This document shows, one piece after another, positions 18,392 to 28,494 of a DNA stretch of 64,000 nucleotides (position 1 is the first letter of the stretch; every line of letters starts with the position of its first letter). The notes beneath the pieces are model-generated. The model was not told the origin of the DNA and searched no databases. It saw nothing but the letters and a program-made list of their open reading frames with translations. The position numbers and the translations under genes are program-made. The stretch is from Candidatus Latescibacterota bacterium (lineage in GTDB: Bacteria > Latescibacterota > UBA2968 > UBA8231): contig OZ244561.1 of the NCBI GenBank assembly GCA_965217585.1, positions 4,768,001-4,832,000 on the forward strand, written 5' to 3'.

Positions 18392-20026
18392 TCAAGCCCC
18401 TTTGCGCAGGCGGTCCTCGTAGATGTGAATCTGGTCGGCGTACTGATCGTTAAGCTTGCCCAGCAACGCATCGAAGCGCTCTTGGGTCAGATCCTGGAGC
18501 AGGTGGGAGCGCGCCCGGCCCCAGACCTCATCTAGGCTCTGCTGGCGACTGGGAATCTTCTTGAGCACTTTGAAGACCGTAAAGCCCTGCGCGGTCTTGA
18601 CCGGGCCGACGATCTGGCCGATCTCGGCGTTTTTGGCCTCCCAACCTAAATTGCCATACTTGTCGGGACGCAGAAGCTGGATGCGTCCTTCGGCCCGGCG
18701 GATGCGGGTGCTGCGCCGCGAGTAGCGGCGAGCCAGATCGCCGAGGTCGCCGCCGCGTTCGATGGTGGCCAAAAGCGAGTCCGCTTGGACGCGAGTATCG
18801 ACGAGGATTTCGAGGATCGAGATCCGCTCCTCGCGCACGTATAGTTCCTTGTGTGCCTCGTAGTACGCGCCAATTTCCTCCTTGGATGGGTTGAGCGTTT
18901 CGAGCACTTTGACTTGGCGGATGCGCTCGACTAGGGCTTGACGGCGCGTGGTTTCAATGCCCTTGGCAACGCGCTCGGCCTCGTGGATGCCTATTTCGCG
19001 GGCGTGACGGGGCAACAGGACCTTGAGGGCATAGAGGCGACGGGCGAAGCGGCGCAAGTCGTCCAATTCGCGGATCTCCGCCGGATTGCGCTCGCTGGTC
19101 ATGGCCGCCATGAAGTTACTCAGCGTCCACGGCTCGCCGTCGAGTTCGAGCAGCACTAGCTGGGTCTCCCCTTTTTTGAACGTGGGCATTTCTTCGCCGA
19201 CTGCGCTGAGCCGGGCCAAGAGCAGCTCGAAGGTCTCGCGCCGTTCCGCAATGTCGGCGCGGTTGGCCAGCCCTTCGAGGAATTTAAAGGTGGCGATGGC
19301 GTGCTTCTGCTCCTGCATGGCCTCAACGACGGCGGGGGCCATATCCTCGAAGGGCACTTCGCGCGCGTCGGTGACGACGAAGACCGAGAAGCCGTCTGGC
19401 TCCTGCACGGGACCGATGATCTCGCCAGGTTTGGCCCTGAAGATCTGGCGGCGCAAAACGTAGTTTTTGAAATCGAGACGGCTCTTCCAGCCGAGATCGC
19501 CACCTTGCTGGGCGGTGTTGCCATCGTCGGAGAGTTCACTGGCCACCACGGCAAAGTTGTCGGGGCCGCGCAGGCGGGCAAGCACTTGGTCGATGGCGGC
19601 TGGCCCACTGGCGAGGATGCGGCTCACGCGGCGCTGCTGGCCGATGCGGTGCTGCTCAAAGTACTGGCGGGCCTCGTCGCGGCTTATGTCCTCGGCGACA
19701 GCGACCACGCCGCGACGGTACATTTCGTCGAGGATGAGTTCCTGTTCCCGCTGCGCGACTTTGCTTTTGACTTGGAAATCGTTTTCTAGGCCGTCTTGGC
19801 GGGCCGCTAACAGCAAGATCTCAATGTCGATGAGCCGCTCAAGTGCTTGGCGCTGGAGGTCGCCTAGGGCGTTTTTGGGAAAGAGCCGCGAGGCAGCGCG
19901 CTCGACGCGGTCGCGCGTGATGGTGACGTCACCGACGCGGGCGAGTACGTCTGGGCTAGGCGGGGGTTCGGGGGAGGTGCAGGCGGAGAGTAATGCAGTG
20001 AGCAACGAGAGAAAAAGACGCAGCAA
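18392..20026 (-). CDS. PpiC-type peptidyl-prolyl isomerase lipoprotein (two parvulin domains)
   Basis: Lipobox LSAC; FAVVASELSDD...GGDLGW; LARRYS; IVGPVKTAQGF. Confidence 0.9.
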   Translation of the reverse strand: MLRLFLSLLTALLSACTSPEPPPSPDVLARVGDVTITRDRVERAASRLFPKNALGDLQRQALERLIDIEILLLAARQDGLENDFQVKSKVAQREQELILDEMYRRGVVAVAEDISRDEARQYFEQHRIGQQRRVSRILASGPAAIDQVLARLRGPDNFAVVASELSDDGNTAQQGGDLGWKSRLDFKNYVLRRQIFRAKPGEIIGPVQEPDGFSVFVVTDAREVPFEDMAPAVVEAMQEQKHAIATFKFLEGLANRADIAERRETFELLLARLSAVGEEMPTFKKGETQLVLLELDGEPWTLSNFMAAMTSERNPAEIRELDDLRRFARRLYALKVLLPRHAREIGIHEAERVAKGIETTRRQALVERIRQVKVLETLNPSKEEIGAYYEAHKELYVREERISILEILVDTRVQADSLLATIERGGDLGDLARRYSRRSTRIRRAEGRIQLLRPDKYGNLGWEAKNAEIGQIVGPVKTAQGFTVFKVLKKIPSRQQSLDEVWGRARSHLLQDLTQERFDALLGKLNDQYADQIHIYEDRLRKGA

Positions 20027-20139
20027 AAAGGCCTCCTAGTGAAAATTTTTATCTATCCCAATAAATATATTAGGGCCGTGTAATTTTGCGAAGTACTAAT
20101 TATGTTATTGTGGACAGGACGCAGTTCTGTATCAAAGTG

Positions 20140-23100
20140 ATGATTATTCCAAACAGACTTTCAACGTGCATTGTCGCTTTAGTGTGCGGCTGTGCTGTGA
20201 GCGATTCACCGCCTGTGCCCGCCGTGCGCTTTGTCGATGCGACCGCTGCAGCGGGAATCGACTTTGTGCATACCAGCGGCCGCTCCGGGCGCAAATACGG
20301 GGTGGAGACGATTGGTTCTGGAGCGGCGTTTTTCGATTACAATCGCGACGGGTGGATGGATTTGTACGTGGTCAATGGGGCGGATTTGCCTGGGTACGTC
20401 TCGGCGGTGCTGCCGCAAAACGCGCTGTATCGCAACGATGGCGGGCACTTTGCCGAAGTCGGCGCAAGCCTCGGGGTGGCGGACGCGGGCTACGGCATGG
20501 GCGCGTCCGCCGGGGACTACGACAACGATGGGGACGCCGATCTTTTCGTCACCAACTTTGGCCGCAACCGGCTCTATCGCAACGAAGGGGCGGCGATGGA
20601 TTGGGCTTTTGCGGATGTGACGGCCGCGGCCGGGATCGGGGCGGACGAGCGGTGGTCAACCGGATCGTCGTTTGTCGATTGCGATCTCGACGGCGACTTA
20701 GACCTGTACGTGGCGAATTACTTGCACTACGAATTTGAGCGCGGCGAGCTGAGCGCGGGCGGAACGCTGCGCTGGCCGCGGCGGCACTTGGCCCCCACCG
20801 AATACCCGGGGCAGCGGAACGCGCTCTGGCGCAACGACGGCGGCCGCTTTGTGGATGTGACTGCCGAGGCTGGGCTGCTCACGCGCGAAGGCCGCGAGTT
20901 GGGCGCGGTGTTTTTCGACTGCGACCTCGACGGCGATCCCGATTTGTTTCAGGGCAATGACGCCACGCCGAATTTTCTTTGGCGCAACGACGGCGGTCGC
21001 TTTGCCGAAGTGGGACTCGTGGCCGGGGTGGCGTACAACGCCGGCGGCAAGCCCGAGGGGACGATGGGTGTGGATGTGGCCGATGGCGATGGCGATGGCC
21101 GCCTCGACTTGGCGATGACCAATTTCCAATGGGAGAGTAACACCCTGTATCACAACGCGGGTGGTGGGATGTTTGCCGACGAATCGCTGGCCGCGGGTAT
21201 AGCCGCTAACAGCTTGGACAAGCTGGCCTTTGGCATCAACTTCCTCGACGCCGACAACGACGGCGATCCCGATCTCTATATGGCCAATGGCCATATAGAT
21301 GAAGACATCGACCGGTTTGATCCACAGGCTGCGTATGGCCAGAGCGATCAGTTGTACCTCAACGATGGCCAAGGCCGCTTTGCCGACGCGAGTGCGGCTG
21401 CCGGCGTGGCCGCGCCGACGCGGGATTTGGTCGGGCGCGGCTCGGCTGTGGCCGATTACGACAACGACGGCGACCTAGATCTTTTCTTAGTCAACACCGG
21501 GCAGCGCGCCCTGCTTTGGCGCAACGACACTCAAGCGGGCCACTACTTGGCGCTGGCGCTAGAGGGGCGGACGAGCAACCGCGATGGCTACGGTGCCCGC
21601 GTGGTGGTGCGCGTGGATGGCCGGACGCTGGTGGCGGAAAAGCGCAGCGCGGCGAGCTATTTGTCGCAAAACGACGCGCGGATGTTTTTTGGGTTGGGGT
21701 CGAGCGAGGAGGCCGAGCAGGTGGAGATCGCGTGGCCTTCGGGCCTGCGCCAAGTTTTAACGGGCGTGCGCGCCGGACAGGTGCTGCGGGTCGTCGAGCC
21801 GGATACGAGCGCACCGCAAGAGGCGGCTGACGCAGCTATCGCGCCGGCTGTGCCCCAAGGCGGCGATACCGAGGATCTGGAGCAATTCTGGCGGCAAGCG
21901 CCCTTAGTCCTGCCGGAAAAGACGCGGGCCCCGCTGCCGCCCGCAGTTCCTCTGTCCGAGTTGCGCGCTGCGGTCCGCGCCCAGCCGGAGGTAGCCGCCG
22001 TCCACATCGAGCTAGCCGCCGCGCTTGCGCGAGATCGCGCGTACGACGAGGCGGAGGCTTCTTATCGCCGTGCTTTACAGCTCGACGCGGGCGCGGCCCA
22101 AGCCTACGTGGGCTTGGGCTGGCTCTACGCCGACCGCGGTGCGCTCAGGCAAGCGGTCGGCGCACTCAGGCAGGCACTGGTGATCGACAGCACCTTGGCC
22201 GAGCCGCACTACGTGCTGGGCAACATCCACCTGCGCCAACAGCGTTTGGCCGCAGCCGTGCCGTTCTACGAGTGCGCCATCGCGCTGTCGCCGCGCTATC
22301 TCCAAGCCTATTTCAACTTGGCCGGCTTGCACGCGCGGCAGACCGATTACGGCCCGGCCATAGCCGTATTGCGCCAAGGCCTCGCGGCTCTACCCGAGGA
22401 AGTGGAGCTGATGCTGCAATTGGCGCGGATCCATTTTGCCCAAGCGCAATACGAAGACGCGCTCGCGCAGCTCGCCAGTGTGGTGCAAACGCAGCCCGCG
22501 CGCGCTGAAGCACACGAGCTGACGGCCCAGATCTGGATGGCGCGCGAGGACGCGGATGCCGCTCGCGCCGCTTTGCAGCAGGGGTTGGAACACGCCCCGA
22601 ACAGCGCCGCGCTCTTGGGGCGGCTGGGCATTCTGCTCTTGCAGGAGGGCACGGACGCCGAGGCCATACCCCTATTGCAGCGGGCCTTAGCCGCGGACCC
22701 GGACCGCGCGGAAGTGTACTATCACTTGGGTCAGGCGTTATTGCGGCGCGGCACGGCTGTGCGCGGCCGCCAACTCCTCGACTATTTCCACTCGTTGCAG
22801 CAGGAACACCAAAAGTTGCTGGCCCACAAGACGGCCGTGGTGCTCAATCCCAACGACGCGGATGCGTACTACAAGTTAGGTGCGGTCTATGCGCGGATTG
22901 GCCGCTACGAGGCCGCCAGCCAAGCGTACCAAGCGGCTTTAGCGGTGGCGCCGGGTCATCTAGATGCCCGCAACAACTTGGGCAACATCTACCTCCGTCG
23001 CCGCGCCTTGGGGCTGGCCATTGCTGCGTACCAAGAGGTGTTGCGCCGCGACCCCCACTACGCCCGCGCCCACTACAACTTGGGCAACGCGTACCTGTTG

Positions 23101-23223
23101 GCCGGTGATAAGACGCGCGCTATGGCAGCGTTTGCTAAAGCGGTCGAAGCCGACCCCAAACATCGCAAGGCGCAGCAGATGCTCGCCGAATTGCGTCGAC
23201 GCGAGGCCCAAGGTGAGCGCTGA
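20140..23223 (+). CDS. CRTAC1-family protein (FG-GAP repeats + ASPIC/UnbV) fused to a TPR array
   Basis: Repeated DYDNDGDxDL(F/Y)VxN motifs, SYLSQND..FGLG..WPSG ASPIC/UnbV domain, many C-terminal TPRs. Start uncertain (20086 or 20140). Confidence 0.9.
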   Translation: MIIPNRLSTCIVALVCGCAVSDSPPVPAVRFVDATAAAGIDFVHTSGRSGRKYGVETIGSGAAFFDYNRDGWMDLYVVNGADLPGYVSAVLPQNALYRNDGGHFAEVGASLGVADAGYGMGASAGDYDNDGDADLFVTNFGRNRLYRNEGAAMDWAFADVTAAAGIGADERWSTGSSFVDCDLDGDLDLYVANYLHYEFERGELSAGGTLRWPRRHLAPTEYPGQRNALWRNDGGRFVDVTAEAGLLTREGRELGAVFFDCDLDGDPDLFQGNDATPNFLWRNDGGRFAEVGLVAGVAYNAGGKPEGTMGVDVADGDGDGRLDLAMTNFQWESNTLYHNAGGGMFADESLAAGIAANSLDKLAFGINFLDADNDGDPDLYMANGHIDEDIDRFDPQAAYGQSDQLYLNDGQGRFADASAAAGVAAPTRDLVGRGSAVADYDNDGDLDLFLVNTGQRALLWRNDTQAGHYLALALEGRTSNRDGYGARVVVRVDGRTLVAEKRSAASYLSQNDARMFFGLGSSEEAEQVEIAWPSGLRQVLTGVRAGQVLRVVEPDTSAPQEAADAAIAPAVPQGGDTEDLEQFWRQAPLVLPEKTRAPLPPAVPLSELRAAVRAQPEVAAVHIELAAALARDRAYDEAEASYRRALQLDAGAAQAYVGLGWLYADRGALRQAVGALRQALVIDSTLAEPHYVLGNIHLRQQRLAAAVPFYECAIALSPRYLQAYFNLAGLHARQTDYGPAIAVLRQGLAALPEEVELMLQLARIHFAQAQYEDALAQLASVVQTQPARAEAHELTAQIWMAREDADAARAALQQGLEHAPNSAALLGRLGILLLQEGTDAEAIPLLQRALAADPDRAEVYYHLGQALLRRGTAVRGRQLLDYFHSLQQEHQKLLAHKTAVVLNPNDADAYYKLGAVYARIGRYEAASQAYQAALAVAPGHLDARNNLGNIYLRRRALGLAIAAYQEVLRRDPHYARAHYNLGNAYLLAGDKTRAMAAFAKAVEADPKHRKAQQMLAELRRREAQGER

Positions 23224-23659
23224 GCGGCGGCAGCTCGGCGTGGGGCTGGTGGCCGCGCGCGTTGGGTTGACGCTGGCTCTCGTCGCGCCACTCGGAATGT
23301 TGCTGGGGACCTGCTTCCCGGCCTGCCTGCGCTTGGGTGGTTCGCAACATGCAGGACTGGTCCCTTGGCTATGGGCCGTCAATGGTTTCTTCTCGGTGCT
23401 CGGTTCGGTCGGGGCTGTGGCTTTGGGCATGGAGTGGGGAGCGAGCGCATCGCTGGCGGTCGGCGCGGCCGCGTATGTGGCGGTGGGGACGGCGCTCTTT
23501 TTTGGCAGCCGCCGAACTTCCTCGGGCGAGGAGGTGGTCCGGCCGGCCGATGTGGGCCGCTGGGCGGTGGGTGCTCTGCTCTTGGTTGCGCTGCTGTGGT
23601 ATGCGGCCTTTAGCTTTATCGGCGCGCGCTATTGGGGCTTTTCAGGAGCGTCCCCATGA
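23213..23659 (+). pseudogene. C-terminal fragment of a spermidine-synthase-like membrane protein
   Basis: PLGMLLGTCFP...VPWLWAVNGFFSVLGSV is the typical C-terminal TM motif of much longer proteins; no N-terminal or SAM domain present. Confidence 0.5.
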
Positions 23660-24321
23660 ACGCACCCGCCGATTCCTATCCTCTCCGCTTTGACGTCGAT
23701 TATCCCGACCGGCCTCTCAGTCGCCTCACGACCTTCTTCCGGCTGTTTACCGTCATTCCTATTTTTATCGTCTTGGCCAGCATAGACGCCAGTTTTACTA
23801 TGCAGTACTTCTCCGATACCTTTTTCGGATGGGACCAAGACAAAGGCTGGAATCGGGGAGCTTCCAGCGGCCTTGGCCTACTCTTTGTCCCGGCCCTGCT
23901 CATGCTGCTCTTCCATCGCAAGTACCCTCGCTGGTGGTTCGACTGGAACCTTGAACTCCTGCGCTTCTCCTCCCGAGTTTCGGCCTATCTCTCGCTGCTG
24001 CGCGACGAATATCCCTCCACCGACGAGGAACAGGCCGTCCACCTCGATATCGATTACCCAGATGCCCAGCAAGATCTCAACCGCTGGTTGCCCCTAGTCA
24101 AGTGGTTTTTGGCCATTCCCCACTACATCGTCCTAACCCTGCTCGGGGTCGTGGTTTTGCTCTGCCTTATCGGAGCTTGGTTCGCCATCCTCTTCACCGG
24201 GCACTATCCTCGCGCCTTGTTCGATCTGATCATCGGTTTCAATCGCTGGTGGCTGCGCGTTATCGCTTACGCTTTCATCCTAGTAACCGACCAGTATCCG
24301 CCCTTCCGGCTATCCGACTAG
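23656..24321 (+). CDS. DUF4389 membrane protein
   Basis: Duplicated motif LSRLTTFFRL / LNRWLPLVKWFLAIPH, ILFTGHYPR, TDQYPPF; ATGA overlap with the upstream ORF. Confidence 0.85.
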   Translation: MNAPADSYPLRFDVDYPDRPLSRLTTFFRLFTVIPIFIVLASIDASFTMQYFSDTFFGWDQDKGWNRGASSGLGLLFVPALLMLLFHRKYPRWWFDWNLELLRFSSRVSAYLSLLRDEYPSTDEEQAVHLDIDYPDAQQDLNRWLPLVKWFLAIPHYIVLTLLGVVVLLCLIGAWFAILFTGHYPRALFDLIIGFNRWWLRVIAYAFILVTDQYPPFRLSD

Positions 24322-24328
24322 GACGCTT

Positions 24329-25327
24329 ATGCCCGCCTTTTCCAGCCTGCGCCTCGCCGCCCCGCCATCCTCTCGGGATGCTTGGGAAGCTCAACGTCCC
24401 GCTCTCTTGGGGGCCATGCAGCAGATCATGGGGCCTCTGCCTGGGCCGGAAAAGCGCGGGCCGCTCGATGTCCAAGTCCAAGAGGAAACAGACTGCGGCT
24501 CTTATACTCGTCGTCTCATTACCTACGTTTCTGAGCCGGACTGTCGGGTGCCAGCCTATTTGCTGATTCCACACGCCGCTCTACAATCTCCGGTGCCGGC
24601 TGTGCTTTGTCCCCATCCCACGGACGACCGCATCGGCCACAAGGTGGTCGTCGGCTTGGGTGGCCGAGCCAACCGCGCGTATGCGAGTGAACTAGCCCAA
24701 GCTGGCTTTGTTACCCTAGCTCCGGCCTATCCCTTGCTGGCGGACTATCGCACCGACTGGCGTGCTCTCGGCTATCAGTCGGGGACTATGAAGGCGATAT
24801 GGGACAATGTGCGCGGCCTCGATCTGCTGGCCGAACTGCCCTTTGTCGCAGGGGAGTCTTTCGCCTCCATCGGCCACTCCCTGGGCGGTCACAACTCGAT
24901 CTACACCGCGGTCTTCGACCCGCGTATCGCCGCTGTCGTCTCCAGTTGCGGCCTCGATTCCTATCAAGATTATATGGACGGCGATATCACGGGCTGGACT
25001 AGCGATCGCTACATGCCGCGCTTAAAGGACTATGTCCTATCGGATCTTCCGTTCGACTTCCACGATATGATCGCTGCGTTAGCACCGCGCCCTTGCTTCA
25101 TCTCCGCGCCTTTGGGCGACTCCAATTTCCGCTGGCGCAGCGTCGCTTCGGTGGTCGAAACCGCCCGAGCGGTGTACGATCTGTACGGTGCTGGCGAGGC
25201 CCTTCAAGTGGTCCATCCCGACTGCGGTCACGACTTTCCCGACGACATCCGGCAGCGGGCCTATCGGTTTATTGCCGAGGCATTGGGATGTTTGGGAGCT
25301 TTTGACGCGCGCGAGACGCGTAATTAG
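24329..25327 (+). CDS. Alpha/beta hydrolase (dienelactone hydrolase / acetyl esterase-like)
   Basis: GHSLGG nucleophile elbow, ALAPRP, C-terminal GHDFP. Confidence 0.9.
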   Translation: MPAFSSLRLAAPPSSRDAWEAQRPALLGAMQQIMGPLPGPEKRGPLDVQVQEETDCGSYTRRLITYVSEPDCRVPAYLLIPHAALQSPVPAVLCPHPTDDRIGHKVVVGLGGRANRAYASELAQAGFVTLAPAYPLLADYRTDWRALGYQSGTMKAIWDNVRGLDLLAELPFVAGESFASIGHSLGGHNSIYTAVFDPRIAAVVSSCGLDSYQDYMDGDITGWTSDRYMPRLKDYVLSDLPFDFHDMIAALAPRPCFISAPLGDSNFRWRSVASVVETARAVYDLYGAGEALQVVHPDCGHDFPDDIRQRAYRFIAEALGCLGAFDARETRN

Positions 25328-25357
25328 GTTCAATGGTAGTTACCAAGAGGATGAGGC

Positions 25358-26584
25358 ATGAGCGATAATCACCACAACTATCAGTTGCTATTGGCGAAAG
25401 CGGCGAGGCTTTACGAAAAGCATGGGGTCGGACGACCGGAACCATTCAATGTCTTCTCTTCTCTTCAAAATAAAAATGGGTACCTGAACGAGACTCTGCA
25501 CTCACGGTTTCTTTACGCACTGCTTGACTATAAGAAGCCGAGAGATGAAACCAGAGAAAACCTGAAGGACTTCTTGCAGCATGTTGGCATAAAGAATTTT
25601 GAACTATGCGGCGTAAAGGTCGAGCCGGAGTGCGACGACATTGATATCCTGATTATCAACGCTGACAAAAAGGCAGTGGTGATTGAGAACAAAATCAAGG
25701 CCGTAGATCAACCTAAGCAACTACAGAGATACTACGAAAAATTAAAAAAACAGGGTTACGGTGACAGGGACATACATCTACTGTACCTGACGCTTTATGG
25801 CCACCATCCTTCCAAGGATAGTGCCGGCGACCGGCTCTACAAAACCATTTCCTACAAGGACGATCTTTCGCCTTGGTTAGAACGTTGCCAAAAACGCGCC
25901 TACGACGAACCCGAATTGCGAGAGTCGGTCATACAATACTTACAGCTTGTCCGAAGGCTGACAGGCACAGACTTCTGGGGGAAGTATATGAGTGACTTAA
26001 AGAAACTTTGTTTGGAGGACAACAACCTCGTTCTAGTCCATGACTTGAATGATGTTATGCTTGAAGCAATACGCGAGGCAATATGGAGCGAGATTGAAGC
26101 TGAGTTGAGATCAGAGGATATAGATTTTATCGATGTGGCAGTGAGCAAATATGGCCTAAGCTATGAACTAAACGAAGTTTCTCAGATACACGTTGGGGCT
26201 CATGGTGTAAATGGCCGTATCTGGTTTGGTGTGTATTGTTCCGAAAAGGATCACAAGCACAAGTACGACAAAATAAAAAAATCACTGGAGAGCTTCTTAA
26301 GTGGTGGAGAACTAGACACTGAAAAGGAGTATCCTTGGTGGATATATGCTGATACAGGATATGTTGATACAGATCTAAACCTGAAGAATCCCACCCGAGA
26401 AGCCCTTGAGATCCTGTCGAACGAAGAGAAAAGGAAAAAGGTCGTGAGAAAGGTCGCCCAAGGCTTGCAAGAGCTTTTGGAGGTTATTGAAGATATTGCC
26501 ATGGTGAATGCAATAGAAGAAGGAGCAAAAACAGGGCTCGCTTCCAGAGAGCAGGTATTTAAAATTTTAAGGGGTCAAGAGTAA
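25358..26584 (+). CDS. PD-(D/E)XK nuclease (PDDEXK_4-like) with antitoxin-like C-terminal tail
   Basis: FNVF...ETLHSRFLYALLD, IDILI...IENKI.A.DQPKQLQRY, YLTLYG; low GC; tail EVIEDIAMVNAIEEG...SREQVFKIL. Confidence 0.8.
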   Translation: MSDNHHNYQLLLAKAARLYEKHGVGRPEPFNVFSSLQNKNGYLNETLHSRFLYALLDYKKPRDETRENLKDFLQHVGIKNFELCGVKVEPECDDIDILIINADKKAVVIENKIKAVDQPKQLQRYYEKLKKQGYGDRDIHLLYLTLYGHHPSKDSAGDRLYKTISYKDDLSPWLERCQKRAYDEPELRESVIQYLQLVRRLTGTDFWGKYMSDLKKLCLEDNNLVLVHDLNDVMLEAIREAIWSEIEAELRSEDIDFIDVAVSKYGLSYELNEVSQIHVGAHGVNGRIWFGVYCSEKDHKHKYDKIKKSLESFLSGGELDTEKEYPWWIYADTGYVDTDLNLKNPTREALEILSNEEKRKKVVRKVAQGLQELLEVIEDIAMVNAIEEGAKTGLASREQVFKILRGQE

Positions 26585-26587
26585 AGT

Positions 26588-26854
26588 ATGAAGGTCGAAT
26601 TTAGCAACGGTTTTGCAAGGGATATCGGTCGTATCAGAAATCAATCTATTAGAGAGCGCATTGAAAAGGCGATAGAGCAAATCGAGAGAATAGATAATTT
26701 TACAGAAGCAAGTAATATTAAAAAACTACGTGCTGGTGGAAACCATTTCCGCATACGAGTCGGCGACTACAGACTTGGCTTTCGGTTGGAAAATGATACC
26801 GTAGTGTTCACGCGATGTCTGCCGCGCCGAAATTTTTACCAACAATTTCCCTAG
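26588..26854 (+). CDS. relE: RelE/ParE family toxin
   Basis: MKVEFSNGFARDI...IKKL...FRIRVGDYRLGF...RCLPRRNFYQQFP. Confidence 0.9.
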   Translation: MKVEFSNGFARDIGRIRNQSIRERIEKAIEQIERIDNFTEASNIKKLRAGGNHFRIRVGDYRLGFRLENDTVVFTRCLPRRNFYQQFP

Positions 26855-26865
26855 CTCCTCACCTG

Positions 26866-28494
26866 ATGCTCAAGTTTCTTCTGCTTCTACTTCTTTTATC
26901 CGTCCCCCTCTACGCCAACCCTCGCTTCCATGACGCCACCCAAGAAGCGGGCATCGGCTTTGTCCACGTCAACGGAGCCAACGGCCATAAATTCGTCATC
27001 GAAACGATCGGCCCTGGAGGCGGTTTTTTCGATTACGACGGCGACGGTCGTCTCGACATCTATCTAATCAACGGAGCCGCCGTGCCTGGGACCGAATACG
27101 ATCCTGCGCCGCAAAACGCGCTCTACCGAAATAGAGGCGACGGCACCTTTGCCGATGTAACGGAGCACGCCGGTGTCGGCGACACGAGCTACGGCATGGG
27201 CTGCGCGGTCGGCGACACCGACAACGACGGCGACCTCGATCTGTACGTGACCAACTTCGGCGCGAATGTGCTGTATCGGAACGAGGGGGATGGCACGTTT
27301 GCGGATGTGACGGTCGCGGCCCAAGTCGGCGACGAGGGCTGGGGGGCGAGTGCCGCGTTTGCCGACATCGACCGCGACGGCTTCGTCGATTTATACGCGG
27401 GCAATTACCACAACTTTTCCTATGCCAATCACCGCGTCTGCGACGAGGGTGGCAGCGGTTTGCAACTCTATTGCGGCCCGGAGGCCTTTGACGGGGTGAC
27501 CGATGTGCTGTATCGGAACGAGGGCGACGGCACCTTTGCCGACATCACGGTCGCGGCCGGGTTGGGCAGCACCGAGGGCAAGGAGCTAGGCGTGGTTTTC
27601 GGCGACGTGGATCTAGACGGCGACCCAGATCTGTACTTGGCCAACGACAGGACCTTGAACTTCTTATATCTCAACGACGGCACCGGCCACTTTGCGGAAG
27701 AGGCGCTGCTAGCTGGAGTCGCGTACAACGAGGACGGCGATATCGAAGCGGGCATGGGCGTTGACATGGGCGACTACGACAACGACGGCGACCCAGACCT
27801 CTTCGTCACCAACTTTCAATGGGAGACTAATACCCTGTACAAGAACCTCGGCGACGGCACCTTTGTCGATGAAACTTTCCTAGCTGGGTTGGGCAAGGAC
27901 AGCATTGCCTACCTAGCGTGGGGGACGCGCTTTTTCGATGCCGACAACGACGGCGACCGCGACCTTTTCATCGCCAATGGCCACTTGGAAATCGATGTCG
28001 AGCAATACCAGAACGCGACCTTCCCCCAGCGGAATCAGCTCTTTCTCAACGTTGGTGACGGCCGCTTCAAGGAATACTCAGAGGACGGCGGTGCCCTGTC
28101 GTTGAAACGGGTCAGTCGCGGCGCGGCCTTTGGCGACTACGACGACGATGGCGATATCGACGTGCTAGTGGCCAATGTCGCCGTCCAGCCGACCTTGATG
28201 CGCAACGACGGCGCGAGTGGTCACTGGGTGCGCCTGCAGCTAGAAGGCCGCGACAGCAACCGCGCTGGTATCGGGACCCGCGTCGAAGTTACAAGCGGCG
28301 GGCGGGTGCAGACCGACGAAGTGCGCTCGGGTGCCAGCTACCTCTCGCAGAGCGATGTGCGACTGCACTTCGGGCTAGGAACGGCCACCAGCATCGAGCG
28401 CGTAGTCGTCTATTGGCCGAGCGGTCGGGTTGAGGAATACGCGAACTTAGGTGTAAACCAAGAGCATCTGCTCGTCGAAGGGGAGACGCGATGA
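26866..28494 (+). CDS. CRTAC1-family protein (FG-GAP + ASPIC/UnbV)
   Basis: Signal peptide MLKFLLLLLLLSVPLYA; DYDGDGRLDIY repeats; SYLSQSD.RLHFGLG. Confidence 0.9.
   Translation: MLKFLLLLLLLSVPLYANPRFHDATQEAGIGFVHVNGANGHKFVIETIGPGGGFFDYDGDGRLDIYLINGAAVPGTEYDPAPQNALYRNRGDGTFADVTEHAGVGDTSYGMGCAVGDTDNDGDLDLYVTNFGANVLYRNEGDGTFADVTVAAQVGDEGWGASAAFADIDRDGFVDLYAGNYHNFSYANHRVCDEGGSGLQLYCGPEAFDGVTDVLYRNEGDGTFADITVAAGLGSTEGKELGVVFGDVDLDGDPDLYLANDRTLNFLYLNDGTGHFAEEALLAGVAYNEDGDIEAGMGVDMGDYDNDGDPDLFVTNFQWETNTLYKNLGDGTFVDETFLAGLGKDSIAYLAWGTRFFDADNDGDRDLFIANGHLEIDVEQYQNATFPQRNQLFLNVGDGRFKEYSEDGGALSLKRVSRGAAFGDYDDDGDIDVLVANVAVQPTLMRNDGASGHWVRLQLEGRDSNRAGIGTRVEVTSGGRVQTDEVRSGASYLSQSDVRLHFGLGTATSIERVVVYWPSGRVEEYANLGVNQEHLLVEGETR

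Noticed and set aside
27268-27545. Near-identical DNA GTGCTGTATCGGAACGAGGG at ~27268 and ~27505, and similarity among the CRTAC1 genes
   Set aside because: Explained by FG-GAP protein repeats and paralogy.
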